IMG/VR virus record: IMGVR_UViG_3300010398_000047
Location: 1 to 24,899 of that record
Direction: 5' to 3' (one strand)
From: a virus
Lineage: Duplodnaviria; Caudoviricetes
Length of the DNA: 24,899 bases
The notes under the pieces: model-generated
What the model was told of the DNA's origin: nothing
What the model saw: the letters and a program-made list of their open reading frames with translations, nothing else
Databases searched by the model: none
Program-made: the position numbers and the translations under genes
In this document: piece by piece, positions 1-9,202 of the stretch
How positions within the stretch are numbered: the stretch's first letter is position 1
Layout of the letters: every line of letters starts with the position of its first letter

Positions 1-545
1 CCCGACGCGACGACCGCGCACTCCAGTAACGCGTCTTCGGTCTGGGCGGCGACGTTGACGGTGGCGAGGATCGTTTCGGTGCCGACGACCATCGTGGTCG
101 CGACCGCGGCCTGGAAGCCGACGACGTTCGTGGTTCCGCTGCCCCCGCCCCCGCCTCCGGTGCCGGGCGGACCTTGCGGGCCTTGCGGACCCATCGGGCC
201 TTGCGGACCTGTCGGTCCTGCCGGTCCCGCTGGTCCTGCCGGGCCTTGCGGTCCGGGCGGGCCGATCGTGCCTGTGCCGCCACCGCCGCCCGAACCGAAA
301 CACCATGCGCCGCCGTGCGCGGAGAAGACGACCAGGACCCGTTCACCGACCTGCGTGCCCGAGACGATCGTGGCGCTGATCGGGTCGGTGTCGCCGTCCA
401 TGACGACCGTCGCGACCTGACCGGCCACGGCCGTCGCCTGCCCTTGCCTGAACCTCGGCGTGAAGTTGAGGTTGCGGGTTGCTTCGCGCGCGCCGTCGGC
501 GATGAGGGTCGGCAGGAGGCGGAGGATCTCGTCGGTCGTTACCAC
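1..545 (-). CDS. Tail tip/fibre protein with N-terminal beta-rich (OB-fold-like) domain and collagen-like segment; runs off the left edge
   Basis: Not in the ORF track because there is no stop in the window. My translation from GTG 545, which overlaps the upstream stop: [94 protein letters not shown](GPX)11[16 protein letters not shown]... It follows the minor tail genes. Confidence 0.8.
   Translation of the reverse strand, partial: MVTTDEILRLLPTLIADGAREATRNLNFTPRFRQGQATAVAGQVATVVMDGDTDPISATIVSGTQVGERVLVVFSAHGGAWCFGSGGGGGTGTIGPPGPQGPAGPAGPAGPTGPQGPMGPQGPQGPPGTGGGGGGSGTTNVVGFQAAVATTMVVGTETILATVNVAAQTEDALLECAVVAS
165..263 (-). repeat. Collagen-like (Gly-Pro-X)11 coding repeat, 9-bp period
   Basis: [33 protein letters not shown], flanked on both sides by Gly5 runs. 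Confidence 0.92.
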
Positions 546-1576
546 AGCCGCGCCAACGTGTGTGAGTGGTCGCCGTCGTAGGCGAGCGTCATGTGCTGCT
601 CGACCTCCAGCCAGATCGCGCCATCGAAGTCGATGACGTTGAACAGGTCGTGCGCCGGGTTGAGCGGCGTCTGGAACGAGGTGCGGATATAGCTACGCGA
701 GTCGGTGATGCCGTACGCGCGCGCGGCCTCGGCGGCTGCCCACGCGGTTTGGACGCCGGGCGCATCGACGGTCTGCGTGACGACGAACCCGCGCCGCTGC
801 GCCGAGTGCGGAGCTTCGTCGGGCAGGTCGTACTCGCCGACCACCTGGACGGTGCCGGTGCCGATCACGAGGTAGCGGTTCGGTGCCTGGTAGCTGTCGT
901 CCACGTCCAGGATCGTGCCCGCGATCACGCTGCCCGGGGCGTAGATGAAGTCGGGTGACGTGTCGGCAGCGGGAGCCTTGATGAGCCGCAGGAATCCGTC
1001 GTTGTCGAAGAACGGGGCGACGCATCCCATCAGCGTCGCGAGGTCCTTCATCGCGCCGTAACGGTTGTCACCGGCTGCCCACGCGCCGGGCGCGCCCGCA
1101 GGCGTGTTGACCGGATCGAGCCGCAGGTTGTTGATCCCGACCTCCTGGGCGAGCGTCGTGAACAGGCCGAGGCAGTCGCCGCCGACGTTGACGCTGACGC
1201 TGCGGTCGAGCGGCTGGTCGAGAATCCATGCCTGGTCCATGAGCGCGAGGTGGCTGAAGAAGACGTTGGTCGAGTAGTGCTCGGTCTGCGCCTCGCCGAA
1301 CAGGTAGACGCCGAGCGGCCAGCGCGACCCGTCGGCCATCACTTGAACGGGTCGGATGCGGTCACCGAGCGGGTTGGCGACTCGGGCGATCTCCGCGGCG
1401 ATGAGGTCGATGCCTGCCAGGGTCCGGATGACGGTCTGGTCGGTGTTGGCGGTGATGTTCGGTCCACCCTCGACCGTCGGCCTCACCGTGTCGTACACGT
1501 TCAGGTCGGCGTCGAGCACCTCGTACTCGAAACGGACGGTGTACTCACCACGGAGGGTCGGTTCGGCGACGCTCAC
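539..1576 (-). CDS. Minor tail protein (baseplate hub-like), 345 aa
   Basis: Probable start is GTG 1576 overlapping the upstream TGA (GTGA); the longer ORF start lies within the upstream gene. Motifs WPLGVYLF, YQAPNRYLV and PLNPAHDLFNVI resemble actinophage hub/minor tail proteins; position after tape measure and distal tail genes. Confidence 0.7.
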   Translation of the reverse strand: MSVAEPTLRGEYTVRFEYEVLDADLNVYDTVRPTVEGGPNITANTDQTVIRTLAGIDLIAAEIARVANPLGDRIRPVQVMADGSRWPLGVYLFGEAQTEHYSTNVFFSHLALMDQAWILDQPLDRSVSVNVGGDCLGLFTTLAQEVGINNLRLDPVNTPAGAPGAWAAGDNRYGAMKDLATLMGCVAPFFDNDGFLRLIKAPAADTSPDFIYAPGSVIAGTILDVDDSYQAPNRYLVIGTGTVQVVGEYDLPDEAPHSAQRRGFVVTQTVDAPGVQTAWAAAEAARAYGITDSRSYIRTSFQTPLNPAHDLFNVIDFDGAIWLEVEQHMTLAYDGDHSHTLARLW

Positions 1577-2298
1577 GACACGCGCATGAGGAGTTGGCAG
1601 CGAATCCAGGGTGGCATGTTGGAGAACGGCTGGGACGCGAACGCCGGATTCGTGAGCGCGACCGCATCGGAGTACGTGGCGTCGCTCTGGCCGTTGGTCA
1701 TCAGGCCGAGAGAAGAGGGCGCGTGTGCGACCGCGATCTGGTTTGCGCCGCCGCCGACGGGGCGGACGACGTGCGTGTGGTCGGGGAGGTTGGCGTTCGT
1801 GAGGGTCGTCTGTGTCGCGCCCGCGTGCGCGCCGTTCATGTCCGAGCCGTTCGCGGTCGAGGTCGGCCACAGGAAGACGCCGCGGCAGTCGGGGAGCGCG
1901 AAGCCGGTCGTGCCGTTGCCGCCGTAGCGGGTGCCGATGATGTTGAACAGCGCCCGGTAGTAGTCGGTCGGGCCGTTCGCCGCGCCTCCTTGCGCGAGCG
2001 CGAGGATCTGTCCGTTCGGGAGCGCCCATGTCCGCTGGTTGGCGGGCGGCGCGAACCCGAAGTAGGGGATGACCGCGCCGAGCGGGACCATCGGCGCGGG
2101 CGCGACCCAGTTGGTGCCGTCGAAGACCTCCAACTGCTTGTCGTCGGACCGCCACGTCATCATGCCCGCGACCGGGTTGAGGATCGCGTTGGCACGTTCG
2201 GTCGCGTTGACGAACGGGGTGACGGTCCGGTCCCGGATGGCGTTGCCCCACGCCGCGAGGATCTTGGTCCCCGCCACAACGTCGTTGATCCAACTCAT
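1573..2298 (-). CDS. Tail fibre/collar-domain protein, 241 aa
   Basis: Phage tail collar motif PLGAVIPYFG..WALPNGQ..YRALFNIIGTRYGGNGTTGFALPDCRGVF..LTNANLPDHTH..FSNMPPW; N-terminus (GMMTWRSDDKQLEVFDGTNW) typical of actinophage fibres. Confidence 0.85.
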   Translation of the reverse strand: MSWINDVVAGTKILAAWGNAIRDRTVTPFVNATERANAILNPVAGMMTWRSDDKQLEVFDGTNWVAPAPMVPLGAVIPYFGFAPPANQRTWALPNGQILALAQGGAANGPTDYYRALFNIIGTRYGGNGTTGFALPDCRGVFLWPTSTANGSDMNGAHAGATQTTLTNANLPDHTHVVRPVGGGANQIAVAHAPSSLGLMTNGQSDATYSDAVALTNPAFASQPFSNMPPWIRCQLLMRVS

Positions 2299-4277
2299 AC
2301 TGCGCTCCAGGTGTCGGTGTCCCAGGTGTCGTAGTCCCAGCCCGAGTCGGTGCTCGGCGGGGAGGTCAGGTACGGGAGGCTGGATGGCGTCGGCCGGTCC
2401 GAGACCTCGATGAAGGCCACGTCCGCCTTGTAGCTCTGCTGCGGCTGATCCTCGTGAAGATGCTGCACTGCGGGTGCGGTGTACCAGCGGCGGGCGCGGC
2501 CGTCGAGGAAGACGATGTAGGGCACGTCTCGGTTGTGAGCGATCGCGAGCAGCGAATCGAACGCGGCGCGTCCCGGTGGCGTGTAGGTGATGGTGCCTGC
2601 CTGCCCTCCCCAGATCGGCGGCTGCGGGATCGGCGGGATGTGCGTCATGTTGGGATCATCGAACGCGACGATGAGGCTGCGGGAGAACGAGTCGCCCCGG
2701 AACTCGGCTTCACGGAACGCGACTTGTTTGTCCTGCTGGTAGAGCATCCGAGCCGCGAGGCGTTGCCCGTCCACCGGGTCCCACGTGTAGCCCGGTTCGT
2801 CCTCACCGACCCACGTCAGGTCGTAGCGCGCGTTCGACGCGAGGATCACGTCGGTGTCGTCGGAGTGCAAGACGATCGGCGCGGCGATCGTCCAAGAACT
2901 CATCGTGCCGCAGTCGCACACCGCTCGCACTCGGTAGGTGACGGGCGTGTTGCGCAGCGCCTCCAGGTCGAAGAACGAGGTGGGGCCTCCGGGTGGACGG
3001 AAGACCGGATCATGGTCGGTTGAGCGGACGACCGCGCCCACCGGCCACCACACACCGTCGTCGTTGCGTTCGATCTCGTAACGGACGATCTCGGTGCCAC
3101 GCGGGTGCGGGTCCCAGGTGACGGCCGCGATTTCCATCGTCGGGACGACACAGTTGACGAGACCGCGAGACGTGTCGAGGATCTGCGTCCCGACCGTGAC
3201 GTTCGTGACCGGCTCGATGCTCTCGTCCAGCCACGTCAGCACGTCCTCGGTCGCGGATGCGCCTTGCCCGGGCAGGCCGAGCGCGTCCATCGCCGCGATG
3301 CCGCCGCTGCCCGAGTTGGTCGCCAGCGTCGCGAGGGTCCAGGGCGCGCTCTCGGGGCTGATCGAGGAGTACGTGATCGTGTACGTCGCGCCGTCGGCGA
3401 ACGTGATCGCCGGATCCAAGAACGCGCCCCGCGGATACCAGCGGAGGTCGGGCGGGTTGGAGAGCATCGGCCCATTCAGCGCGTCGGGTCGCAGGACTGT
3501 CCCCATGCTCGTCTGAGCGAGCACCGCGCCAGTCGAGTCGGTGATCGTCACGATGAGCGGCTGAGCGTTCTGGACGGCGGGCGTGTTCTGCACCAGACAC
3601 CAGACCGCGCCGTAGTCCATCGCCGCGCCGAGGATCGTCTGATGGACGGTCGTGCTCGTGTCGTGCACGGTCCGAGACCGGACCTCCGAGTAGGGCTGAC
3701 TGTCGGTGGAGAGCGTCGTCGGTGAATGGCCGAGGCAGATCGCGCGTGCGCCCGGGTCGAGTTGCGGGTAGGCGTAGCTGACCGTCGGCCGGAAGTTCGT
3801 GGACGACAACGGCACCTCGACCGACTCCTGCCCGGCGAGCCGATCGGCTTCGTGCCCGATCGTCGTCGTCGCGTCGAGCGTCGCCCACGACAGCGTGTAG
3901 CGGGTGTCTGCGAGGCGCAGCACGACGAGCAGCTTCTGGCCGGGGGAAGGCGTGTACGCCGCGGTGAGCGGGATGCGCTTCCAGGCTGCGGCTTGGCTGA
4001 CGAGGCCGGTCATCGCGAGGCTGCCCGACGCGAGCGGAGCCGGGTTCGCGGCGGCGGCTGCCGCGGCGTTGTCGTATAGCTCGACGTTGATCGTGACCGC
4101 GTTCGTCGGCCCGCGGTCGAAGCGGAGGAACGCCCAGATGGCGTCGATGGCCCCTACGTCGTTGACGGTGACGACTGCGCCCTGGCCCCAGGTGCGCGAG
4201 AGCGGTGCCCACCGTCGCCTCGTCGGCAACCATTCCGGTCCGATGATCTTCGGGAGGTTCGGGTTCCACACGGTCAT
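2295..4277 (-). CDS. Minor tail protein (distal-tail position) with fibronectin type III-like domain, 660 aa
   Basis: ATG 4277 coupled to the tape measure stop (TGATG). FN3-like pattern VTWDP..IVRYEIERND..FFD..VTYRVRAV..SSWT; C-terminal WDYDTWDTDTW; first gene after tape measure. Confidence 0.75.
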   Translation of the reverse strand: MTVWNPNLPKIIGPEWLPTRRRWAPLSRTWGQGAVVTVNDVGAIDAIWAFLRFDRGPTNAVTINVELYDNAAAAAAANPAPLASGSLAMTGLVSQAAAWKRIPLTAAYTPSPGQKLLVVLRLADTRYTLSWATLDATTTIGHEADRLAGQESVEVPLSSTNFRPTVSYAYPQLDPGARAICLGHSPTTLSTDSQPYSEVRSRTVHDTSTTVHQTILGAAMDYGAVWCLVQNTPAVQNAQPLIVTITDSTGAVLAQTSMGTVLRPDALNGPMLSNPPDLRWYPRGAFLDPAITFADGATYTITYSSISPESAPWTLATLATNSGSGGIAAMDALGLPGQGASATEDVLTWLDESIEPVTNVTVGTQILDTSRGLVNCVVPTMEIAAVTWDPHPRGTEIVRYEIERNDDGVWWPVGAVVRSTDHDPVFRPPGGPTSFFDLEALRNTPVTYRVRAVCDCGTMSSWTIAAPIVLHSDDTDVILASNARYDLTWVGEDEPGYTWDPVDGQRLAARMLYQQDKQVAFREAEFRGDSFSRSLIVAFDDPNMTHIPPIPQPPIWGGQAGTITYTPPGRAAFDSLLAIAHNRDVPYIVFLDGRARRWYTAPAVQHLHEDQPQQSYKADVAFIEVSDRPTPSSLPYLTSPPSTDSGWDYDTWDTDTWSAV

Positions 4278-7200
4278 CAGTTGGCCCTCACCTGCTGGAC
4301 GACGTTGCGCCGCACGAGTTGCCGGACGACGCCCGCCCCGACCGCGTCCCCGATCTGCGCCGCGCTCTGCGGGTCCACCGTCCCGGTGACGTGCGTGACG
4401 ATGTTCACCTGCGTGCCGATCCCGCCGTTGGCGACGCCGGGAGTGACGCTCGCGCTCGCGACGGCCGCGGTCGAGAGCGTCGCGCCGAGCGCATCGGTGA
4501 CGACCGCATGGTTGTCGGTGATGCCACTCGCGATGCCTTCCACGACCGAGACGCCGAAGTCGTAGGCCACCTTCGGGTACGGCGACGCGTGCGGAACCTT
4601 CGACGCCGCGAACGTGAGCATCCCCTGGAGGGCGGACGTGACCGGGCCGGTGTCGGCGTTGGCGATTCCTTGCGCGACACCGATCACGAAGTAGCCGCCC
4701 ACCGTGTCGCCTGCGTTGATCGCCGCCTGCCATGTCGCCTCTTGCGCCTGCGCCGCGCGCGTGAACGCCGGTCCCGACAGGCCGACCGCGCCTTGGACGC
4801 CGGGCATCGCCTGACCGACACCGCCGACGAACGCGCCGCCTACGTCCTGGCCGTGTCCCGCCGCGCTCACCTTCACCTGCGGTGTCGCCGCATCGACGCC
4901 CGCCTTCGCCTTCGCGCCGATAGTCGGTGCCGTCTGCGAGATGCCTTGGCCGACACCGCTCACATACACGCCGCCGACGACGGAGCCTTGGGCTTGGAGG
5001 ACGCCGAGGTTCGCGGTCGCCCAGTTGGTGAAGCCCTGGTTGACACCGCCCAGTCCGACGACGACGCCGTTCGCGAGTCTCGCCTTGGTCGCGTCCGACG
5101 CGTAGCCCTGCGCGAGTGCGCCCGCCGCCTGCGGTCCCTGCTGTGCGAGGAACGCGGCGAGGTCGGTGTTGCCCTGCTCAAAGATCTTCTTCAACGCCAC
5201 CCAGAAGCCCTGGACCTGCTGGACCGACCGCAGGAGCGACTCGGTGAACCGTTGCGGGTCCTGCGCCGCGATCAGGACCTGCCAGTCGGCGTGGATGTTG
5301 CCGGTGTGGCTCTTCGTGTCCTGCTCTAGCTGGTTCATCGCCGTGTCGATGTTCTGGTTGAACGTCGTCAGCGACTGCGCAGCGGTGGGCAGCGCGCCCT
5401 GCACCGTCTGGCGGAAGTTGTCGATCGACTTCGTGAACTCGTCGGTGCGGGTCTTCGCGCCGTCGGCGGAGATGCCGATGTCCGTGAGGCGTTGCTTGAA
5501 CTGGTCGGCGGTGATCTTCCCCGCCGCGTACGCCTCCTGCGCCTGGGCGATCTTCTGCGTGTTCGCCGCCGTCGATGCGGTCGCCTTGTCCACCGCGGCC
5601 TGATGCTGCTCCGCGGCGGTGGTCGCCTGTTGCAGCGCGGTCGTCCAGCCGATCGTCCCGTCGGTCGCGGCCTTGACCCACGCGTTGTACTGCGGCGTCG
5701 TGATCTGGCCGGTGACGCGCAACTGCTCCAGTTGCTTCGTCACGTTGGCGGCGTAGGCGTCGCGCAGCGACTGGAGTTGCAGGACCGTGTCGCGGTACAC
5801 CTGCGCCTGCTGACGGAACTGCGGCGGGATCAGGGTCTGGGTGTGGTACCAGAGGCCCGCCGACTCGGTGAGTTCCTTCTGCGTGACGCCGAAGCGGTCG
5901 AGGTCGGGGGCTGCGCCCGCCAGCGACGCTGACAGCGCGTTGAACTGGGTGGCGGTGCCTTGGATGCCGGTGTTGAGTTGTTGGGTCGTTTCGCCCGTGC
6001 GCTGGAGCGCGTCGTTGACCGCGGGCGCGTCCTTCTTCAGCCCCGAGGTCGAGGTGTCGAAGGCGGTCATGTTCTTGTTGAGGTCGGCGACCGCCTTGGA
6101 CAGGTCCTCGACCGATGACACCTGATCGAACAGCGCCGTGCCGAGGTCCTTCGTGACCTGCTCGGTCGTGGAGGCGGTGCCGGTGAACGCGTCGAAGATG
6201 ACGCCGACCGCGGCGATTGCGCCGACAAAGATGTAGATCTCCGGGGCGACCGCGCCGAGCGCCGCCATCAGCCCGGCGAGCACTCCGTCGAGCGCGCCGG
6301 TCGCCACCGCGATCGCGCCGAGACCGAGCGCCACGCCCATCAAGACCGGCTGCGGGATGAGCGCGAGGCCCTGACCGATCGCGTTCAGCCCGTCGGCGAC
6401 GGCCTGCATCGGGGCTGCCGCGACCGCGAGTGCCGGGGCGAGCGCCGACACGAACGGCAGGATCACCGCGCCGACGCCGCCGAGCACCTGGGCGAGTAGC
6501 TGCGCGATCGGGATGAGCGCCTGGAACGTCGCGATCACCGGCTGGAGGAGCGGCAGGCCGACGGTGACGAGCGTCTCTTCCAGCGAGGTCTTCAGCGCCC
6601 GGATCTGCACCGCCGCGTTCTGGGTGCCGTCGGCGAACTTCTTCGCCAGGTCCGGGTACTTCTGGAGCGCGAGGTTCGCGCCCGCGGTCGCCTTCTCAAA
6701 CAGCGTCAGGTCACTGGCGGCGCTCTTGCCGGTCTCCTTCAGCGCCTCGGCGTTGATCTCCGCCGACGAGAGCGCGACACCGAACGGGGCAAGCGCGCGG
6801 CCGCCGCGCGCGAACGCGTTCGTCAGTCGGTCGGTCACGTCCGCGGCGTCACCGAGACGCGGGTTCGTGACCGAGAAGGTCGAACCGAGCGCGAGCAGTT
6901 TGTCGGCCGTGTCCTTGACCGTCTCCGCCGACGCCCCCGAGGTCTGGCCGAGTTGCGCGATCCGGGTGACCGTCGCCTCCAGGTTCGCCATCGGCGTGCC
7001 CGTCACCTTGCCGAGTTCCTCCAGCGAGATGTTCAGGCCGTTCACGTCGATCTTGGACACGGCTTCGGCTTCCGCGCCGAGCGTGTCGATGAACCGTTTG
7101 TGCTGCGCCTCGGCGTCGGCTGCGAGCGTGACCGTCTCGCCCAAGAACGCGGCGAAGGCTGCGCCGCCGACCGCGACGCCCGCCATCGCGCCGCCCATGC

Positions 7201-7681
7201 CGCCGAGCATCGACGTGAAGCCCTTGCCTGATCCTTCGGCCGCGCCGAGTGCCGCTTCCAGGCCGGTGACCGCGCCCTCCATCCCGAGGACGCCACCACC
7301 ACCGGGCGCGCCGGTCGCCTCGGTCGCGGACGTGCCGAGGTCGTCTATCGACGCCTGCGCTTCGGAGGTGTCCGCGACGACGGGCACGTCCACCTCGGGC
7401 ACCGACTGGTCGAGAGCTTGGATCGCGGTCTCGGCCTCGGACGTGTCGGCCGCGACCGGAACGTCTACGGGCGGGACAGCATCCTCGGCGGCGGTGACCG
7501 CTGCCTCCAGCGGCGCGGTGTCAGCATCGACCGGGACGGCGGTGCCTTGCAGGTCGGCGAGCGCGGTCGCGAGCGCGGTCGAGAAGTCGGTGACCGCCTG
7601 TTGCAGCGCCTGCGCGACTTGGTCGATGGCTTGGAGGGCGGGCGATACGTCAAGGCTGAGTTCTTCTTCCAGCCCTGCCAT
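4277..7681 (-). CDS. Tape measure protein, 1134 aa
   Basis: Longest ORF, Ala/Gly-rich and helical with a central hydrophobic stretch; SD GAGGAGGTGA before ATG; directly after the frameshifting tail chaperones. Confidence 0.93.
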   Translation of the reverse strand: MAGLEEELSLDVSPALQAIDQVAQALQQAVTDFSTALATALADLQGTAVPVDADTAPLEAAVTAAEDAVPPVDVPVAADTSEAETAIQALDQSVPEVDVPVVADTSEAQASIDDLGTSATEATGAPGGGGVLGMEGAVTGLEAALGAAEGSGKGFTSMLGGMGGAMAGVAVGGAAFAAFLGETVTLAADAEAQHKRFIDTLGAEAEAVSKIDVNGLNISLEELGKVTGTPMANLEATVTRIAQLGQTSGASAETVKDTADKLLALGSTFSVTNPRLGDAADVTDRLTNAFARGGRALAPFGVALSSAEINAEALKETGKSAASDLTLFEKATAGANLALQKYPDLAKKFADGTQNAAVQIRALKTSLEETLVTVGLPLLQPVIATFQALIPIAQLLAQVLGGVGAVILPFVSALAPALAVAAAPMQAVADGLNAIGQGLALIPQPVLMGVALGLGAIAVATGALDGVLAGLMAALGAVAPEIYIFVGAIAAVGVIFDAFTGTASTTEQVTKDLGTALFDQVSSVEDLSKAVADLNKNMTAFDTSTSGLKKDAPAVNDALQRTGETTQQLNTGIQGTATQFNALSASLAGAAPDLDRFGVTQKELTESAGLWYHTQTLIPPQFRQQAQVYRDTVLQLQSLRDAYAANVTKQLEQLRVTGQITTPQYNAWVKAATDGTIGWTTALQQATTAAEQHQAAVDKATASTAANTQKIAQAQEAYAAGKITADQFKQRLTDIGISADGAKTRTDEFTKSIDNFRQTVQGALPTAAQSLTTFNQNIDTAMNQLEQDTKSHTGNIHADWQVLIAAQDPQRFTESLLRSVQQVQGFWVALKKIFEQGNTDLAAFLAQQGPQAAGALAQGYASDATKARLANGVVVGLGGVNQGFTNWATANLGVLQAQGSVVGGVYVSGVGQGISQTAPTIGAKAKAGVDAATPQVKVSAAGHGQDVGGAFVGGVGQAMPGVQGAVGLSGPAFTRAAQAQEATWQAAINAGDTVGGYFVIGVAQGIANADTGPVTSALQGMLTFAASKVPHASPYPKVAYDFGVSVVEGIASGITDNHAVVTDALGATLSTAAVASASVTPGVANGGIGTQVNIVTHVTGTVDPQSAAQIGDAVGAGVVRQLVRRNVVQQVRAN

Positions 7682-7684
7682 CGC

Positions 7685-8041
7685 TCACCTCCTCGTCGGA
7701 TCGTGCTCCAGAAGGGTGGCGAGGCTCTGACGGTCCGCCACGCTCGGCGGTCCCCAGCGCGGCGGAGGACGGCCCTCAGCCGCGGCCTTCACTCGCGCTT
7801 TCAGCATCGCACGACCCGGCGAGTCGCGACCGCTAGCGGTTGGCGGCGAGACGCCATCTGCGGCTGGCTGCGGGACGGCGAGGCCGAGCACGGACGCGAC
7901 CTCCCAGATCTCGCAGGCGTCGAGATCACGCGGGTTGATGCCCCGCGCCGCGGCCGCTTGGTAGAGCGGCCCGAACTCATCGAACGGGCTTAGGAGCGGC
8001 GTTTCGGGGCGTTCGGCTTGTTGCTCCTCGTCCCAGGGGCC
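7685..8041 (-). CDS. -1 frameshift extension of tail assembly chaperone (lambda gpT equivalent); fusion about 268 aa
   Basis: The -1 frame is open from the slippery site (PFGPWDEEQ...) to TGA 7685, immediately before the tape measure start. Confidence 0.75.
   Translation of the reverse strand, partial: GPWDEEQQAERPETPLLSPFDEFGPLYQAAAARGINPRDLDACEIWEVASVLGLAVPQPAADGVSPPTASGRDSPGRAMLKARVKAAAEGRPPPRWGPPSVADRQSLATLLEHDPTRR
7829..7840. promoter_or_regulatory. Palindrome ACCGCTAGCGGT, copy 3
   Basis: Exact 12-bp palindrome also at 17540 and 22066; about 150 bp upstream of the tape measure start, with no -10 box at the matching spacing. Confidence 0.5.
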
Positions 8042-8490
8042 AAAGGGACCTGCCGCCAGTGGGTGAGCACGTCGTTGAGGACGGTGTTCGACAGGACCAG
8101 CCACGGCGGCCAGTCATCGACGGACGGGACCTCGCTCTCGGCCAGCGCCTTGAAGACATCCGTCCACCACGTCACCGCCCCGCCTTCCGCGGCCTCTTGC
8201 ACCGCGACCGCGCGCGCCGAACGGCGAGCCAGCTTCTCCTCCGCCGCGAGATCGTCGTCGGTCTGCTCTGCGACCGCGGCCTCGGCCGACGCCTGCGCCA
8301 TGCGCCCCGTCTCGGACGCGATCTCGTTGAGCGCGATCCGCCACGCCTTGAACTGGCCGAGCGTCGGGCGGCGCAGCGTCACGTCCGTGTCGTCGTTGAA
8401 CCAGATCGTGACCCGGCCGTCGGGACGGAGGTCGAGGGCGCTGCCTTCGTCGGCAGGCGGGTCAGGGACGGGCGTCAGGCTTTGCGTCAC
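7990..8490 (-). CDS. Tail assembly chaperone (gpG equivalent), 166 aa
   Basis: Position before tape measure; VTLRRPTLGQF and HWRQVPL motifs; slippery site near the 3' end. Confidence 0.8.
   Translation of the reverse strand: MTQSLTPVPDPPADEGSALDLRPDGRVTIWFNDDTDVTLRRPTLGQFKAWRIALNEIASETGRMAQASAEAAVAEQTDDDLAAEEKLARRSARAVAVQEAAEGGAVTWWTDVFKALAESEVPSVDDWPPWLVLSNTVLNDVLTHWRQVPLAPGTRSNKPNAPKRRS
8041..8047 (-). other. Programmed -1 ribosomal frameshift slippery heptamer C CCT TTG
   Basis: In-frame GTC CCT TTG (V-P-L) fits X XXY YYZ, 16 codons before the chaperone stop; the -1 frame continues for 118 codons. Confidence 0.75.
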
Positions 8491-8502
8491 GCGCCTAACG
8501 TA
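8491..8502 (-). promoter_or_regulatory. Putative leaderless -10 box (TACGTT) for tail chaperone
   Basis: TACGTT-6 nt-GTG; no SD. Confidence 0.5.
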
Positions 8503-8989
8503 CTCCGCTCACGTCCACGAGGATAGGCATCGACCAGCCTGCGGTCCCTCCGAGCGGCCCCATCGGCTGCGCCATCTCAAAGGTCACGCGCTCGCAGTCG
8601 ATCGCATCGAAGGACGGGAACAGGGTCGCCTTGGCCCACCGTTCGGTCAGGCCGTCCCAGAGCGTGCCGAGGTCGTGTTGGAGCAGCTTCGCCGCCGCGG
8701 TCTCGTCAGCGGAGGGTGGCGGGTTCCCGTTGTCGTCCAGGGTCGGGTAGCAGCGGACGACCCAGACGAACAGCCGTAGCCGCGGTTCGACGGTGCATCG
8801 GTTCGGCGGCGACTGGCGGGCCTGGAGGTTCGTGACGGTGACCGCGAGCGCCGGGCAGTCGAGGGCCGGAAGGTTGCCGTGCGTGAGGAACTGCCGGTCC
8901 GGGATCGTCGGCGCGCCCGAGTCGGAGTAGCAGGCGATGGCCGAGTCGAGCAGGTCGGCGGCGACGCCTGCGGGCCAATCGTTCGACAC
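8495..8989 (-). CDS. Tail terminator / head-to-tail connector, 164 aa
   Basis: Motifs PALDCPALAV, VVRCYPT and PMGPLGGTAGW resemble cluster-B-type connector/terminator proteins; synteny. Confidence 0.7.
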   Translation of the reverse strand: MSNDWPAGVAADLLDSAIACYSDSGAPTIPDRQFLTHGNLPALDCPALAVTVTNLQARQSPPNRCTVEPRLRLFVWVVRCYPTLDDNGNPPPSADETAAAKLLQHDLGTLWDGLTERWAKATLFPSFDAIDCERVTFEMAQPMGPLGGTAGWSMPILVDVSGVR

Positions 8990-9001
8990 GGCCCGAGGTT
9001 A
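8990..9001 (-). promoter_or_regulatory. Putative leaderless -10 box (TAACCT) restarting the tail operon after the island
   Basis: TAACCT-6 nt-GTG 8989; the TAA is also the stop of the last island gene; no SD. Confidence 0.45.
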
Positions 9002-9202
9002 GAACGGGCGTGCGCTCCAGGCGAGCGCCACGATCAGGGTCGCGATGCACGTACCGACAAAGACGATGATCCACAGCGCGAGGAACAGGCGCGGGGAGCA
9101 GCCCCAGCGCGTCTCATCCTCCCAGAACGGCCGGTCGGGGTCCTGCGCCCAGTCGTAGGGCGGCGGTCCCGTCCGTTCAGGTTTCTTCGGTTCTTGTTGC
9201 AC
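8999..9202 (-). CDS. Small single-pass membrane protein, 67 aa
   Basis: Hydrophilic N-terminus, then LFLALWIIVFVGTCIATLIVALAW. Confidence 0.75.
   Translation of the reverse strand: MQQEPKKPERTGPPPYDWAQDPDRPFWEDETRWGCSPRLFLALWIIVFVGTCIATLIVALAWSARPF

Noticed and set aside
55-420. Plus-strand ORF with GPCGPCGP collagen-like repeats
   Set aside because: Antisense shadow of the minus-strand Gly-Pro-X gene, which fits operon direction and coupling.
1573-4277. Diversity-generating retroelement target in tail genes
   Set aside because: No reverse transcriptase and no TR/VR repeat pair differing at adenines seen.
8533-8545. Degenerate ACC..GCGGT resembling the late palindrome upstream of the chaperone -10 (similar at 23251-23261)
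   Set aside because: Several mismatches and wrong length or spacing; not distinguishable from chance.
8999-9202. Holin call for the small membrane protein (also considered for the DUF1360-like gene)
   Set aside because: No endolysin nearby; a hydrophobic helix alone is insufficient.
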